Positions 55,327 to 64,000 of a stretch of DNA of 64,000 bases are shown here, one piece after another. Source of the DNA: an uncultured Actinomycetota bacterium (GTDB lineage Bacteria; Actinomycetota; Acidimicrobiia; Acidimicrobiales; SZUA-35); assembly GCA_963732695.1 (NCBI GenBank), contig CAVTAP010000003.1, positions 15,532-79,531 on the forward strand. Direction: 5' to 3'. A program made the position numbers and the translations under genes. Under the pieces are notes generated by a model. That model was not told the DNA's origin. It searched no databases and was given only the letters and a program-made list of their open reading frames with translations. Every line of letters starts with the position of its first letter. Position 1 is the first letter of the stretch.

Positions 55327-56376
55327 TCAGGTCAGCTCGGAGCGGACCAGGGCGGCGGCGGTGGCCAGGGCGGCCAGCTTGGCCCGTGCGTCGGCCCGGG
55401 TGAGGTACTTCATGCCGCAGTCGGGGGAGGCGACGAGGCGGTCGGCCGGCAGATGGCGGAGCCCGGCCCGCAGGCGGTCGGCCACGGCGGCCACGCTGTT
55501 GTCGGCGCCGTCGCGCAGGTCGATCACACCGAGCGACACCCGCTTGGGGGCGAGATCGGCCAGGACGCCCAGATCGAGCCGGGGCTGGGCCGCCTCGATC
55601 GAGATCTCGTCGACCGTGCTGTCGGCCAGCGGGGCCAGGAAGGCGTAGGCGTTCGGCTTGTCGGCCGGCACCACGGCGGCGTAGCCGAAGCACAGGTGCA
55701 CCACGGTGCGGGCCGAGAGGCCCTCGAGGGCGCGGTTGACGGCCCGGACGGCGTAGCGCTCGGCCCCCGACGGGTCGTTGCGCAGCCATGGTTCGTCGAT
55801 CTGGATGACCTGGGCCCCCGCCGCCTCCAGGGCCCGGGCCTCGGCGTTGACCGCCTCGGCGAAGGCCATCGCCAGCGCCTCGGGGTCGCCGTAGTGCTCG
55901 TCCACCGCCTGCTGGCCCAGGGTGAACGGCCCGGGCAGGGTCACCTTGGCCACCCGGTCGGTAGTGGCCAGCAGGTGGCGCAGGGCCCCGAGCTCGACCT
56001 CGCCGGTGCGCCGGACGGGACCCACGACCCGGGGCACGGGGATGGTGAACCCGCCCCGGGCCCGGATCGTGGCCGGGTTGTCGAGGTCCACCCCGTCGAG
56101 CCCGCCCAACAGGTGGTTGGAGTAGCTCTCCCGCCGCACCTCGCCGTCGGTCACCACGTCGATCCCGGCCTGCTCCATGTCCCGTACGGCCAGCACGGCG
56201 GCGTCGTCCTGCGCCTCGTCCCGCAGGGCACCGGCCGGGATCCGCCACAGATCCTCGGCCCGGGCCCGGGGCACGTGGCCGGCCAGCCGGTCCCGATCGA
56301 TCAACCAACCGGGCTGGGGGTGGCTCCCCACCACGGCCGTGGGCAGTACAGGAAGTGCCGTCAGATCAGCAGGCAT
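55327..56376 (-). CDS. Cobalamin-independent methionine synthase catalytic-domain-only protein (MetE C-terminal-like)
   Basis: TAVVGSHPQPGWL, VVTDGEVRRESY, IQIDEPW, VHLCFGY and SPDCGMKY (Zn ligands His/Cys/Cys). Confidence 0.65.
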   Translation of the reverse strand: MPADLTALPVLPTAVVGSHPQPGWLIDRDRLAGHVPRARAEDLWRIPAGALRDEAQDDAAVLAVRDMEQAGIDVVTDGEVRRESYSNHLLGGLDGVDLDNPATIRARGGFTIPVPRVVGPVRRTGEVELGALRHLLATTDRVAKVTLPGPFTLGQQAVDEHYGDPEALAMAFAEAVNAEARALEAAGAQVIQIDEPWLRNDPSGAERYAVRAVNRALEGLSARTVVHLCFGYAAVVPADKPNAYAFLAPLADSTVDEISIEAAQPRLDLGVLADLAPKRVSLGVIDLRDGADNSVAAVADRLRAGLRHLPADRLVASPDCGMKYLTRADARAKLAALATAAALVRSELT

Positions 56377-56444
56377 CGGGCCACGCTAGCCGGAGGCGGT
56401 CAGCCTGGCCCCGGGGCCAGCGCCGGGGCCGTAGGATCGAGTCG

Positions 56445-59153
56445 ATGCCCACGCTGATGCTCGTCGACGGCAACTCGCTGACCTATCGGGCGTTCCACGC
56501 CCTGCCGCCCGACCTGGCCACCGCCAGCGGGCAGATCACCAATGCCGTCTACGGCTTCACCTCGATGCTGATCAACCTGGTGCGGGACCATCAGCCCGAC
56601 GGCGTGGCGGTGGCGTTCGACCGGGCCGAGCCCACCTTCCGTCACGAGCAGCTCGACACCTACAAGGCCAACCGGTCGGCCGCCCCCGAGCCGCTGCGCC
56701 AGCAGATGGGCCTGGTGCGGGAGGTCCTGGGCGTGCTCCGGCTGCCCCAGATCGACCTGGCCGGCTTCGAGGCCGACGACATCCTGGCCACCCTGGCCAC
56801 CCAGGCCGCCGACCAGGGCATCGACGTGCTGATCGTCACCGGCGACCGGGACAGCTTCCAGCTCGTGCAGGACCCCCACATCAAGGTCGTGTACAACAAG
56901 CGGGGGGTCAGCGACTACGCACTGTACGACGAGGCCGGGATCGTGGAGCGCACCGGTGTCCGGCCCGACCAGTACGTGCACTACGCCGCCCTGCGGGGCG
57001 ACACGTCCGACAACCTGCCCGGGGTGCCGGGGGTGGGGGAGAAGACGGCGGCGAAACTGATCACCACCTACGGCGGGATCGACGGCCTGTACGAGAACCT
57101 GGCCGACCAGACGCCGAAGCTGCGGGAGAACCTGGCGGCGCACGAGACCGACGTACGGGTCAACACCGTGGTCATGGACCTGGTGCGGGACGTGCCCCTG
57201 GACGTGGGCCCGGCTGAGCTGGTGGGCATCGAGCCCTACGACGTCGAGGAGGTGCGCAAGCTGTTCGACTTCCTCGAGTTCCGGTCGCTGTTCGACCGCC
57301 TCCAGGACGCGTTCGCCCCCCACACCGCAGCCCGCCCCGAGAGCGTGCCCCTGGAGGTGGCGGTGAGCCAGCCGTCTCCGCCCCAGGCGGCGGCCGACGC
57401 CGTCGACGCCCTGGCCGCCGCGGCGCAGTCCGCCGGGCGGCGGGTGGGTGTGGCCGGCGCCCTCGACGCCGTGATCGCCGCCCCCACCCCGGAGGGCGTG
57501 GCCCTCGACGGGCTGGCCCTGGTGGAGAACGAGGACCCCGGCACCGTGCTCTGGATCGACCGGGCCGGCCTGGGCGAGCCGGCCATCACCGCCGCCCTCG
57601 GCCGACTGCTGGGTGCCGACGGACCGGGGGTGGTGGCCCACGACGCCAAGCCGCTGATCCGGGCCCTGCTGGCCCACGGCATCGACATGGCCGGCCTCCG
57701 CCTCGACACCTCGCTCGCCGCCTACCTGCTCGATCCCGCCGGCAACTCGTACCCGCTCGACGAGTTGCTCGCCGCCCACACTCCCTACAGCCTCCCCGAC
57801 GACGAGCGGGCCCCCACGGGCCAGCTCGACTTCGGCCAGCCCGACGGGGGCGACCCCGAACGCACGGCCCAGGCCGCCCTGGCCGCCGCCCACCTCGGCC
57901 ACAGCCTGGGTGCCGCCCTGGAGGCCGACGGCCTCGGCGTGCTCAACGACACGGTGGAGGTGCCGTTGGTGCGGGTGCTGGCCCGCATGGAGCACCTGGG
58001 GGTGGCGGTGGACCGGGCCGAGCTCGAGTCGCTCAACAACGAGATGACGGCCGAGGCCGAGACCCTGGCCGCCGCCATCCAGGCCGACGCCGGCGAGGAG
58101 TTCAACGTCAACTCCACGAAGAAGCTGCGGGAGATCCTGTTCGACCGCCTGGAGCTCCTTCCCCAGAAGAAGACGAAGACCGGCTTCTCCACCGACCAGG
58201 CCACGCTGGAGAAGCTGGTGGGCCAGCATCCGATCATCGAGCACCTGCTCCGCTACCGGGAGGTGGAGAAGCTGCGCTCCACCTACGGCCAGTCCCTGCT
58301 GGCCGTAGTGGGGCCCGACGAGCGGATCCACGCCACGTTCAACCAGACCGTGGCCCGCACCGGCCGGCTCTCCAGCGAGAATCCGAACCTGCACAACATC
58401 CCGGTGCGCACCGAGCTGGGTCGCAGTTTCCGCAAAGCGTTCGTGCCGGCCGCCGGGTACCGGTTCCTGGTGGCCGACTACAACCAGATCGAGCTGCGCT
58501 GCATCGCCCACCTGGCCGCCGACCCGGGCCTGATCGAGGCCTTCACCACCCGGTCCGACGTGCACCGCACGACGGCGGCCCGGGTGTTCGGCGTCGCCCT
58601 CGAGGAGGTCGATTTCGAGCAGCGGAGCAAGGCCAAGATGGTGTCGTACGGCCTGGCCTACGGGATGGAGTCGTTCGGCCTCGGCCAGCGGCTGGGGATC
58701 CCCACCCGGGAGGCCCAGGTGATCCTCGACGCCTATTTCGAGAGCTTCCCGGCGGTGCGGGCCTACATGGACGCCACGGTCACCGAGGCCCGTAACCGGG
58801 GCTACACCGAGACCCTGTTCGGCCGGCGCCGTGCCATCCCCGAGCTGCGCAGCGACAACCCCCGGATCCGCCAGGCGGGCGAGCGCCAGGCCATGAACGC
58901 CGGCATCCAGGGCCTGGCCGCCGACATCTTCAAGGTGGCGCTGGTCCGCCTCGACCAGCGCCTGGCCCGGGAGGCCATGGCCAGCCGGGTGGTGCTGCAG
59001 GTTCACGACGAGGTGATCCTGGAGGTGCCCGACAACGAGGCCGACCGGGCGACCGAGGTGGTGCTGGCCGAGATGCACGGGGCGTTCGAGCTGGCCGTGC
59101 CGCTGGAGGTCAACCTCGCCTTCGGCGACACCTGGGCCGACGCCAAGGACTGA
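56445..59153 (+). CDS. polA: DNA polymerase I
   Basis: ATG 56445 gives MPTLMLVDGNSLTYRAFHAL (5' nuclease). The polymerase motifs are DYNQIELR, RSKAKMVSYGLAYG and QVHDE. Confidence 0.95.
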   Translation: MPTLMLVDGNSLTYRAFHALPPDLATASGQITNAVYGFTSMLINLVRDHQPDGVAVAFDRAEPTFRHEQLDTYKANRSAAPEPLRQQMGLVREVLGVLRLPQIDLAGFEADDILATLATQAADQGIDVLIVTGDRDSFQLVQDPHIKVVYNKRGVSDYALYDEAGIVERTGVRPDQYVHYAALRGDTSDNLPGVPGVGEKTAAKLITTYGGIDGLYENLADQTPKLRENLAAHETDVRVNTVVMDLVRDVPLDVGPAELVGIEPYDVEEVRKLFDFLEFRSLFDRLQDAFAPHTAARPESVPLEVAVSQPSPPQAAADAVDALAAAAQSAGRRVGVAGALDAVIAAPTPEGVALDGLALVENEDPGTVLWIDRAGLGEPAITAALGRLLGADGPGVVAHDAKPLIRALLAHGIDMAGLRLDTSLAAYLLDPAGNSYPLDELLAAHTPYSLPDDERAPTGQLDFGQPDGGDPERTAQAALAAAHLGHSLGAALEADGLGVLNDTVEVPLVRVLARMEHLGVAVDRAELESLNNEMTAEAETLAAAIQADAGEEFNVNSTKKLREILFDRLELLPQKKTKTGFSTDQATLEKLVGQHPIIEHLLRYREVEKLRSTYGQSLLAVVGPDERIHATFNQTVARTGRLSSENPNLHNIPVRTELGRSFRKAFVPAAGYRFLVADYNQIELRCIAHLAADPGLIEAFTTRSDVHRTTAARVFGVALEEVDFEQRSKAKMVSYGLAYGMESFGLGQRLGIPTREAQVILDAYFESFPAVRAYMDATVTEARNRGYTETLFGRRRAIPELRSDNPRIRQAGERQAMNAGIQGLAADIFKVALVRLDQRLAREAMASRVVLQVHDEVILEVPDNEADRATEVVLAEMHGAFELAVPLEVNLAFGDTWADAKD

Positions 59154-59164
59154 AGGATCGATCC

Positions 59165-59923
59165 GTGGCCGGGCACTGGTTCGAGGAGGTGGCCGACTTC
59201 CTCGGTCCCGCCTACCTCCGGTACTCGTTCACCAAGGGGACCGACCAGGAGGTCGGAGCCCTGTTAGACCTGTTGGCGCTGGGGCCCGGCCAGCGGGTGC
59301 TCGACGTGGGCTGCGGCCCCGGGCGCCACGCCCTGGCCCTGGCCCGCCTGGGGTACGAGGTGGTGGGGGTGGACATCTCGGCCACCTTCGTCGATCTGGC
59401 CCGCCAGGCGGCCGAGGCCGAAGGACTGGCCGACCGCGCCCGCTTCGAGGTGGCCGATGCCCGGGACCCCGCCGCCTGGGCCGTGCTCGGGTCGTTCGAC
59501 GCCGTGTACTCCCTTTGCCAGGGGGCGTTCGGCCTGGCCGGCGGCCCCGACGTCGGCGTCCCGTCGGACAGGGAGCTGGACGAGCCGATCCTGGCCGGCA
59601 TGGCCGGCGCCCTGGCTCCCGGCGGTCGGCTGGTGGTGTCGGCCTTCTCCGCCTACTTCCAGGTCCACTACCTGGAGGACCGCGACACCTTCGACGCCGA
59701 CCGGGGTGTGAACCACGAGCACACCACCCTGCGGGACGAGGCGGGCCGGGAGACCCCGGCCGAGCTGTGGACGTCGTGCTTCACCCCCCGGGAGCTGCGC
59801 CTGCTGGCCCGCAGCGCCGGCCTGGAGGTGATGGCCGTCCATGGTGTCACGCCCGGCGCCTACCGCCCCGGTCCGCCCACCATCGAATGCCCCGAGTTCC
59901 TGCTGGTGGCCCGCCGGCCGTAG
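59165..59923 (+). CDS. Class I SAM-dependent methyltransferase
   Basis: VLDVGCGPGRHALALARLGYEVVGVDIS (motif I) and LAPGGRLVV. Confidence 0.75.
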   Translation: MAGHWFEEVADFLGPAYLRYSFTKGTDQEVGALLDLLALGPGQRVLDVGCGPGRHALALARLGYEVVGVDISATFVDLARQAAEAEGLADRARFEVADARDPAAWAVLGSFDAVYSLCQGAFGLAGGPDVGVPSDRELDEPILAGMAGALAPGGRLVVSAFSAYFQVHYLEDRDTFDADRGVNHEHTTLRDEAGRETPAELWTSCFTPRELRLLARSAGLEVMAVHGVTPGAYRPGPPTIECPEFLLVARRP

Positions 59924-60009
59924 CGCCCGGGCCCGTATTTCTTGAATCCACCCGAACCTTGTCGAGAAATGCCGCCGCAGCCGGCACAAGTTGACAGAGT
60001 TCGGCGGGA

Positions 60010-61420
60010 TCAACGGCCGGAGGCGGCGATCGTGTCCCGGTAGATGGCGTCGAATCGCTGGGCGACGTGACGCCAGTCGAAATAACGCTCGACGATCGCC
60101 CGGCCCCGCCGGCCCCGGACTTCCCGTTCGGCCCGGCCGCTCTTCGCGGTGGCGGTCACGATGGCGGCCGCCAACTCCTGTTCGGCGTCGGGTGTCACCA
60201 GCCAGCCGTTCGGTCGGGCCGGGTCGACGTTGATGAACGAGACCGGTCCTCCGGATCGGGTGGCGATCACCGGTAACCCGGAGGCCATCGCCTCGAGGTA
60301 CACCTGCCCGAAGGGCTCGTCGACCGAGGGCGCGACGAACACATCGGCGGCGTTGAGGGCCAGGGCCAGCTGGCCGTGGTCCCGCCAGCCGGCGAAGAAG
60401 ACCCCCTCGACACCCGACGACGTCACCACCGTATGGGGGTGGTCACCCTCCCATTCTCCGGGGAACCCGCCCCAGATCACCAGGGGCGGGGCCGAGGGCC
60501 CAAGGGCCGAGCGGGCCGCGGCGTAGGCCCGCACCAGCAACGGCACCCGCTTGAACCCGAGGAAGCGCCCCACGTACAGCAGCACCGGGAGCGGCTCGCC
60601 GGTGGCGCGATCGTGGAAGCCCCGCTGCAGGTCACGGTCCGAGTAGCGGACGGAACCGGGCACGCCGGTCTCGTCCCAGCCTCGCGGCTCCTCCACGAGC
60701 CATCGACGCCAGAGGGCCAGACGTTCGGGAGCCTCGACCGGGTCGACCGAGAACCGCCCGGTGTCCACGCCGTTGGGGACGACGTCGATCGAGTCCGGCT
60801 CGATGCCGAACAGGTCGGCGGCCAGATCCCGGTCGGCGGGCGACACCGCCACCAGGCGATCCGCCCGCCGGGCGGCGGTGTGGAGCCGCCGCTGCCAGGC
60901 CGACGCGTGCGGGGCGCAGGTCGTCGGCCCGGTGCCGGATGGCGTCCAGCATCTTCAGCTCGGTGCCGTGCAGATGCACCACGACGGGGACTGCACCCCG
61001 GGTCGTCACCGCATCGTTGACGTGGGTCAGATGATGAACGTGGTAGAGGTCGGGCGGGTCGAGGGTCTCCAGCAGGCCGCACCAGGCGGCGACCTGGCGG
61101 CGGTAGGCGGTCTCATCCAGTGACGTGAACACCCGGTCCGGCACCCCCGGGCGGTCCTCGAACGACGGGTGCATCGGCACCAGGGCGGTCATCGGATCCT
61201 GGCCCCGCTCGTATCGGGCCGCAGACTCGGTGAAGTCGAGGGCGCGTACGTCGAGGCCGGCGTAGAACGTCTCGGCGTGCGTGTTGGCGCCGGGAAGGCC
61301 GAGGGAGCCGCAGCACAGCGTCACGTCGATCCCCCGATCGCCGAGTGCCCGCGCCAGGTAGCGCGCCACCTGGGCCCCGCCGCCCCTCGGGTAGAACGCC
61401 AAGGTCATCACTATCCGCAC
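60010..61420 (-). pseudogene. GT4 (GT-B, group 1) glycosyltransferase interrupted by a single frameshift
   Basis: The N-terminal half is in ORF 60632..61420 (MRIVMTLAFYPRGGGAQV...VVHLHGTELKMLD). The C-terminal half is in ORF 60010..60852 plus its upstream frame (AWQRRLHTAARRADRLVAVSPADRD...VAPSVDEPFGQVYLEAMASGLPVIA, with the EX7E region). The frames join if 1 nt is skipped near the GGGG run at 60911-60914. Confidence 0.7.
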
Positions 61421-61540
61421 CGGGCCCTCGCTCCCTCCGCTCCGAGCGGTTCCCCGATGATGTCGATCTCACACCACCTCGGTAGGCACCCCTCGCGGTC
61501 AGATGTCCCGCCGACCTCGGTCCTGGGCTGCTGAAGTCGT

Positions 61541-61840
61541 CTAGACGGTGGGTTCCAGTCGGTACTGGCGAATGAGACGGGGGGTGCCGGCCGGTGATGC
61601 GGCGGGGCGGTCGCCGTGGAGGACATCGGGGTCGAGGTCGACACCACCAGGCCAGCAGACGGTCCCGGCCACGGCGTCGACGCGAACTGCGGCGAAGGCG
61701 TCGTCGGAGTCGAGCGCAGCCAGAACGCCGGTGAGGATCGAGGCGAGGTCGAACTCCCGGACGAGATCGTCGGTGAAGGTGATGCGCAGGCTTCGGTTAC
61801 CGATCACCTCGACCTCGCGCACCCGAGCAAGCGCTCCCAT
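61541..61840 (-). CDS. DUF2442-like small protein
   Basis: 99 aa. VREVEVIGNRSLRITFTDDLVREFDL...VDAVAGTVCWPGGVDLDPDVLH matches the DUF2442 pattern. Confidence 0.6.
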   Translation of the reverse strand: MGALARVREVEVIGNRSLRITFTDDLVREFDLASILTGVLAALDSDDAFAAVRVDAVAGTVCWPGGVDLDPDVLHGDRPAASPAGTPRLIRQYRLEPTV

Positions 61841-61849
61841 GACGACAGT

Positions 61850-62110
61850 CTACTGAAGTGGCTGGATCGAACCGAGCGGGGCTGGTTCCTGGGCAAGGGT
61901 CCAATTGGCGAGCAACTCTTCGACGTGCTGGGTGCGCCACTGCTCGACGAGCTGGGCAGCGGTCCGCGGGAGCCGGCCACGCAGCAGCTCACCGTCTACG
62001 ATGCTCACGAGCGCCTCGTCCTGACCGTAGATGGCATGGAAGTGGGGCGGGTTGTGGTCGACGAAGTACATGTAGATGGCAATCCCGTAGAACTCGCCCA
62101 GGCGGGGCAC
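61850..62110 (-). CDS. DUF4160-like small protein
   Basis: GTG 62110 gives VPRLGEFYGIAIYMYFVDHNPPHFHAIYGQDEALVSI...LPRTAAQLVEQWRTQHVEELLANW, the DUF4160 hallmark (YxxDHxPPHFHA). The upstream part of the track ORF is rejected. Confidence 0.65.
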   Translation of the reverse strand: MPRLGEFYGIAIYMYFVDHNPPHFHAIYGQDEALVSIVDGELLRGRLPRTAAQLVEQWRTQHVEELLANWTLAQEPAPLGSIQPLQ

Positions 62111-62356
62111 ACCGGCAACGTACCGACGGGGTGTGACACCGTTCCGGGTGCGGGAGGCCGGTCCGGCACCGCTCACCTGGGGGGACTGACGGCCGATCAC
62201 GGGTGGGTGGGCGAAACGCCCTGGTAGGCTGGAAGATGGCCGGGACCGTCCCGGCTCTGCCGCCTCATGCCCACACCTGCGGATCCGGCTCCACGCCAGG
62301 CCCGGCAAGTGGGTGTTCCGGTAGCTCCTCTTGTTTGAAAGCAACCAGTTCCACAC

Positions 62357-63745
62357 GTGTCCACCACTGAACTAAGCAATGATCTGACCTCACACATGTC
62401 CGAAGACACCGCCATCCAAGACCTCGACGGGTATACGCCCCGCCAGATCACGGCCAACGACCTCGAGGGGTCCCTGGACGACGCCTACGCCGCCTCCATG
62501 GTGGTCGTCGACGACGGACAGCTCGTCACCGGCACCGTGGTGCGGGTCGACCGCGATGAGGTCCTCCTCGACATCGGCTACAAGAGCGAAGGGGTCATCC
62601 CCGCTCGCGAGCTGTCGATCCGCAACGACATCGACCCGGGCGAGATCGTCTCGATCGGCGACCAGCTCGAAGCCCTCGTGCTCCAGAAGGAGGACAAGGA
62701 GGGTCGGCTGCTGCTGTCGAAGAAGCGGGCCCAGTACGAGCGGGCCTGGGGCACGATCGAGGAGGTCAAGGAGCGCGACGGCGTCGTGTCCGGCCCCGTG
62801 ATCGAGGTGGTGAAGGGCGGCCTGATCATCGACATCGGCCTGCGGGGCTTCCTGCCCGCCTCCCTGGTGGAGCTGCGCCGGGTCCGTGACCTGCAGCCCT
62901 ACGTGGGTCGCACGCTCGATGCCAAGATCATCGAGCTCGACAAGAACCGCAACAATGTCGTGCTGAGCCGTCGGGCCTACCTGGAAGAGACCCAGAAGGA
63001 ACAGCGCGAAGACTTCCTCACCAACCTCACCCCGGGCGAGGTTCGCACCGGTGTTGTGTCGTCGGTGGTCAACTTCGGTGCCTTCGTGGACCTGGGCGGC
63101 ATGGACGGCCTGATCCACGTGTCGGAGCTGTCGTGGAAGCACGTCGATCATCCCGGCTCCGTGGTGCAGGTGGGCGACGAGGTCACGGTCCAGGTGCTCG
63201 AGGTCGACCTCGACCGCGAGCGGATCAGCCTGTCGCTCAAGGCCACACAGCAGGATCCGTGGCAGGAGTTCGCCACCACCCACCGGGTGGGCGAGCTGGT
63301 CTACGGCCGGGTCACGAAGCTCGTGCCGTTCGGCTCCTTCGTCCAGGTGGGCGAGGGTATCGAGGGCCTGGTTCACATCTCGGAGATGTCGGCCCACCAC
63401 GTCGACCTCCCCGAGCAGGTCGTCACCCCCGGTGAGGAGCTGTGGGTGAAGATCATCGACATCGACCTCCAGCGCCGTCGGATCAGCCTGTCGATCAAGC
63501 AGGCGGCCGAAGGTGGCGTGGTGGCTCAGGAGTACCAGGAGCACTTCGGCGAGCACGCCTTCGACGAGGAGGGCAACTACATCGGCCCCACCGAGGTCGA
63601 TCCGGCCACCGAAGCGGCCTGGGCTGAGTACTACGAGGAGCTGGAGCGCTCCGGCGGCACCCCCGCCGTCGAGGGCGAAGAGGCCGGCGAGGCCACTGAA
63701 GCCACTGAAGCCACTGAAACCAGCGAGGCTGTCGAAGAGGCGTAA
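62357..63745 (+). CDS. rpsA: 30S ribosomal protein S1
   Basis: Four S1 domains (GTVVRVDRDEVLLDIGYKSEGVIP, GPVIEVVKGGLIIDIG, GVVSSVVNFGAFVDLG, GRVTKLVPFGSFVQVG) and an acidic tail. The start is GTG 62357 or ATG 62396. Confidence 0.95.
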   Translation: MSTTELSNDLTSHMSEDTAIQDLDGYTPRQITANDLEGSLDDAYAASMVVVDDGQLVTGTVVRVDRDEVLLDIGYKSEGVIPARELSIRNDIDPGEIVSIGDQLEALVLQKEDKEGRLLLSKKRAQYERAWGTIEEVKERDGVVSGPVIEVVKGGLIIDIGLRGFLPASLVELRRVRDLQPYVGRTLDAKIIELDKNRNNVVLSRRAYLEETQKEQREDFLTNLTPGEVRTGVVSSVVNFGAFVDLGGMDGLIHVSELSWKHVDHPGSVVQVGDEVTVQVLEVDLDRERISLSLKATQQDPWQEFATTHRVGELVYGRVTKLVPFGSFVQVGEGIEGLVHISEMSAHHVDLPEQVVTPGEELWVKIIDIDLQRRRISLSIKQAAEGGVVAQEYQEHFGEHAFDEEGNYIGPTEVDPATEAAWAEYYEELERSGGTPAVEGEEAGEATEATEATETSEAVEEA

Positions 63746-63769
63746 GCGCCAACTCCGTCCCTGGACGAT

Positions 63770-63812
63770 CCGAACGACCCGGTGCCCACGGCCCGGGTCG
63801 TTCGGCTTTTTG
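63770..63812 (+). terminator. Intrinsic terminator after rpsA
   Basis: CCGAACGACCCGG-TGCCCACGG-CCCGGGTCGTTCGG followed by CTTTTTGCCCTTTTT. Confidence 0.8.
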
Positions 63813-63912
63813 CCCTTTTTCTTCATCCGGCCCCCGCCGGAACCGACATGACTCCCTAAGGAAACGCACCAGGTCGGATCTGCCGGCCTGCCCGACCCTT
63901 GGGGAGAGTGTC

Positions 63913-64000
63913 GTGAAGTCACGACGGACGGTGATTCTCATTGTTGCGGTGGTGGTGGGCGCGATCGCGTCCTTCGGACTGCTCAACTACATCCGCAATG
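63913..64000 (+). CDS. 5' end of a CpaB/RcpC-like Flp pilus assembly protein (partial)
   Basis: GTG 63913 has GGGGAGAG 4 nt upstream. VKSRRTVILIVAVVVGAIASFGLLNYIRN resembles CpaB N-termini (basic residues plus a TM helix). Only 29 codons are visible. Confidence 0.35.
   Translation, partial: MKSRRTVILIVAVVVGAIASFGLLNYIRN

Noticed and set aside
63660-63745. A 9-bp repeat (GCCACTGAA, 3 copies) giving EATEATEATE in the S1 C-terminus.
   Set aside because: This is a short in-frame slippage repeat within the naturally acidic, low-complexity S1 tail and is unlikely to be functionally distinct.

Overview
This is a high-GC (about 70%) segment of an actinobacterial chromosome. The lineage call rests on mycothiol synthase mshD, an ECF sigma with a ZAS anti-sigma, pdtaR-polA-rpsA synteny, and a hisD..hisI-trpE...trpCFBA layout. 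A separate trpF next to hisA suggests a deep-branching lineage, possibly Acidimicrobiia-like; that is inference. All protein calls come from reading motifs in the supplied translations, not from database searches.

Layout:
- 1-14.35 kb: a complete Wzx/Wzy-type exopolysaccharide locus. It has two Wzz/PCP proteins (one a BY-kinase), an LMW-PTP, a phosphoglycosyl transferase, GT2, GT26, a Ppm1-GtrA fusion, an SDR epimerase, a flippase, a Wzy/O-antigen-ligase-family protein and two secreted right-handed beta-helix proteins.
- 14.4-19.9 kb: menG, a lipoprotein peptidase, rlmN, mshD and nth.
- 19.9-20.7 kb: an unusual 0.8 kb non-coding island with a candidate sRNA.
- 20.7-29.2 kb: the his operon (hisD and hisC in one ORF) running into hisI-trpE.
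- 29.3-34.5 kb: an MBOAT/SGNH O-acylation pair and small metabolic genes.
- 34.5-39.1 kb: trpCFBA plus HIT and NUDIX genes.
- 39.2-43.8 kb: a HisN-DUF3500 fusion and two ArsR/SRPBCC cassettes.
- 43.8-47.8 kb: leuA with a Leu-rich leader peptide, ECF sigma/anti-sigma, glbO and hup.
- 47.9-54.2 kb: the FAS-II cluster (fabZ; fabD-fabH-fabG-acpP-fabF).
- 54.2-64 kb: tRNA-Leu(CAA), pdtaR, a metE-like gene, polA, a methyltransferase, a frameshifted GT4, a DUF4160/DUF2442 pair, rpsA, and a partial cpaB-like gene.

I found no transposase, integrase, CRISPR array or rRNA. The most interesting signals are small-scale:
- a near-leaderless Leu-rich uORF ahead of leuA;
- two genes whose only plausible start is a CTG overlapping the upstream TGA;
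- a 30-bp tandem repeat between hisB and hisH in which each unit carries an SD-like element and a GTG;
- several domain fusions (HisD-HisC, HisN-DUF3500, FabD plus a biotinyl-like barrel);
- several families of structured intergenic repeats.

Many long ORFs in the track are high-GC antisense shadow ORFs and were rejected.
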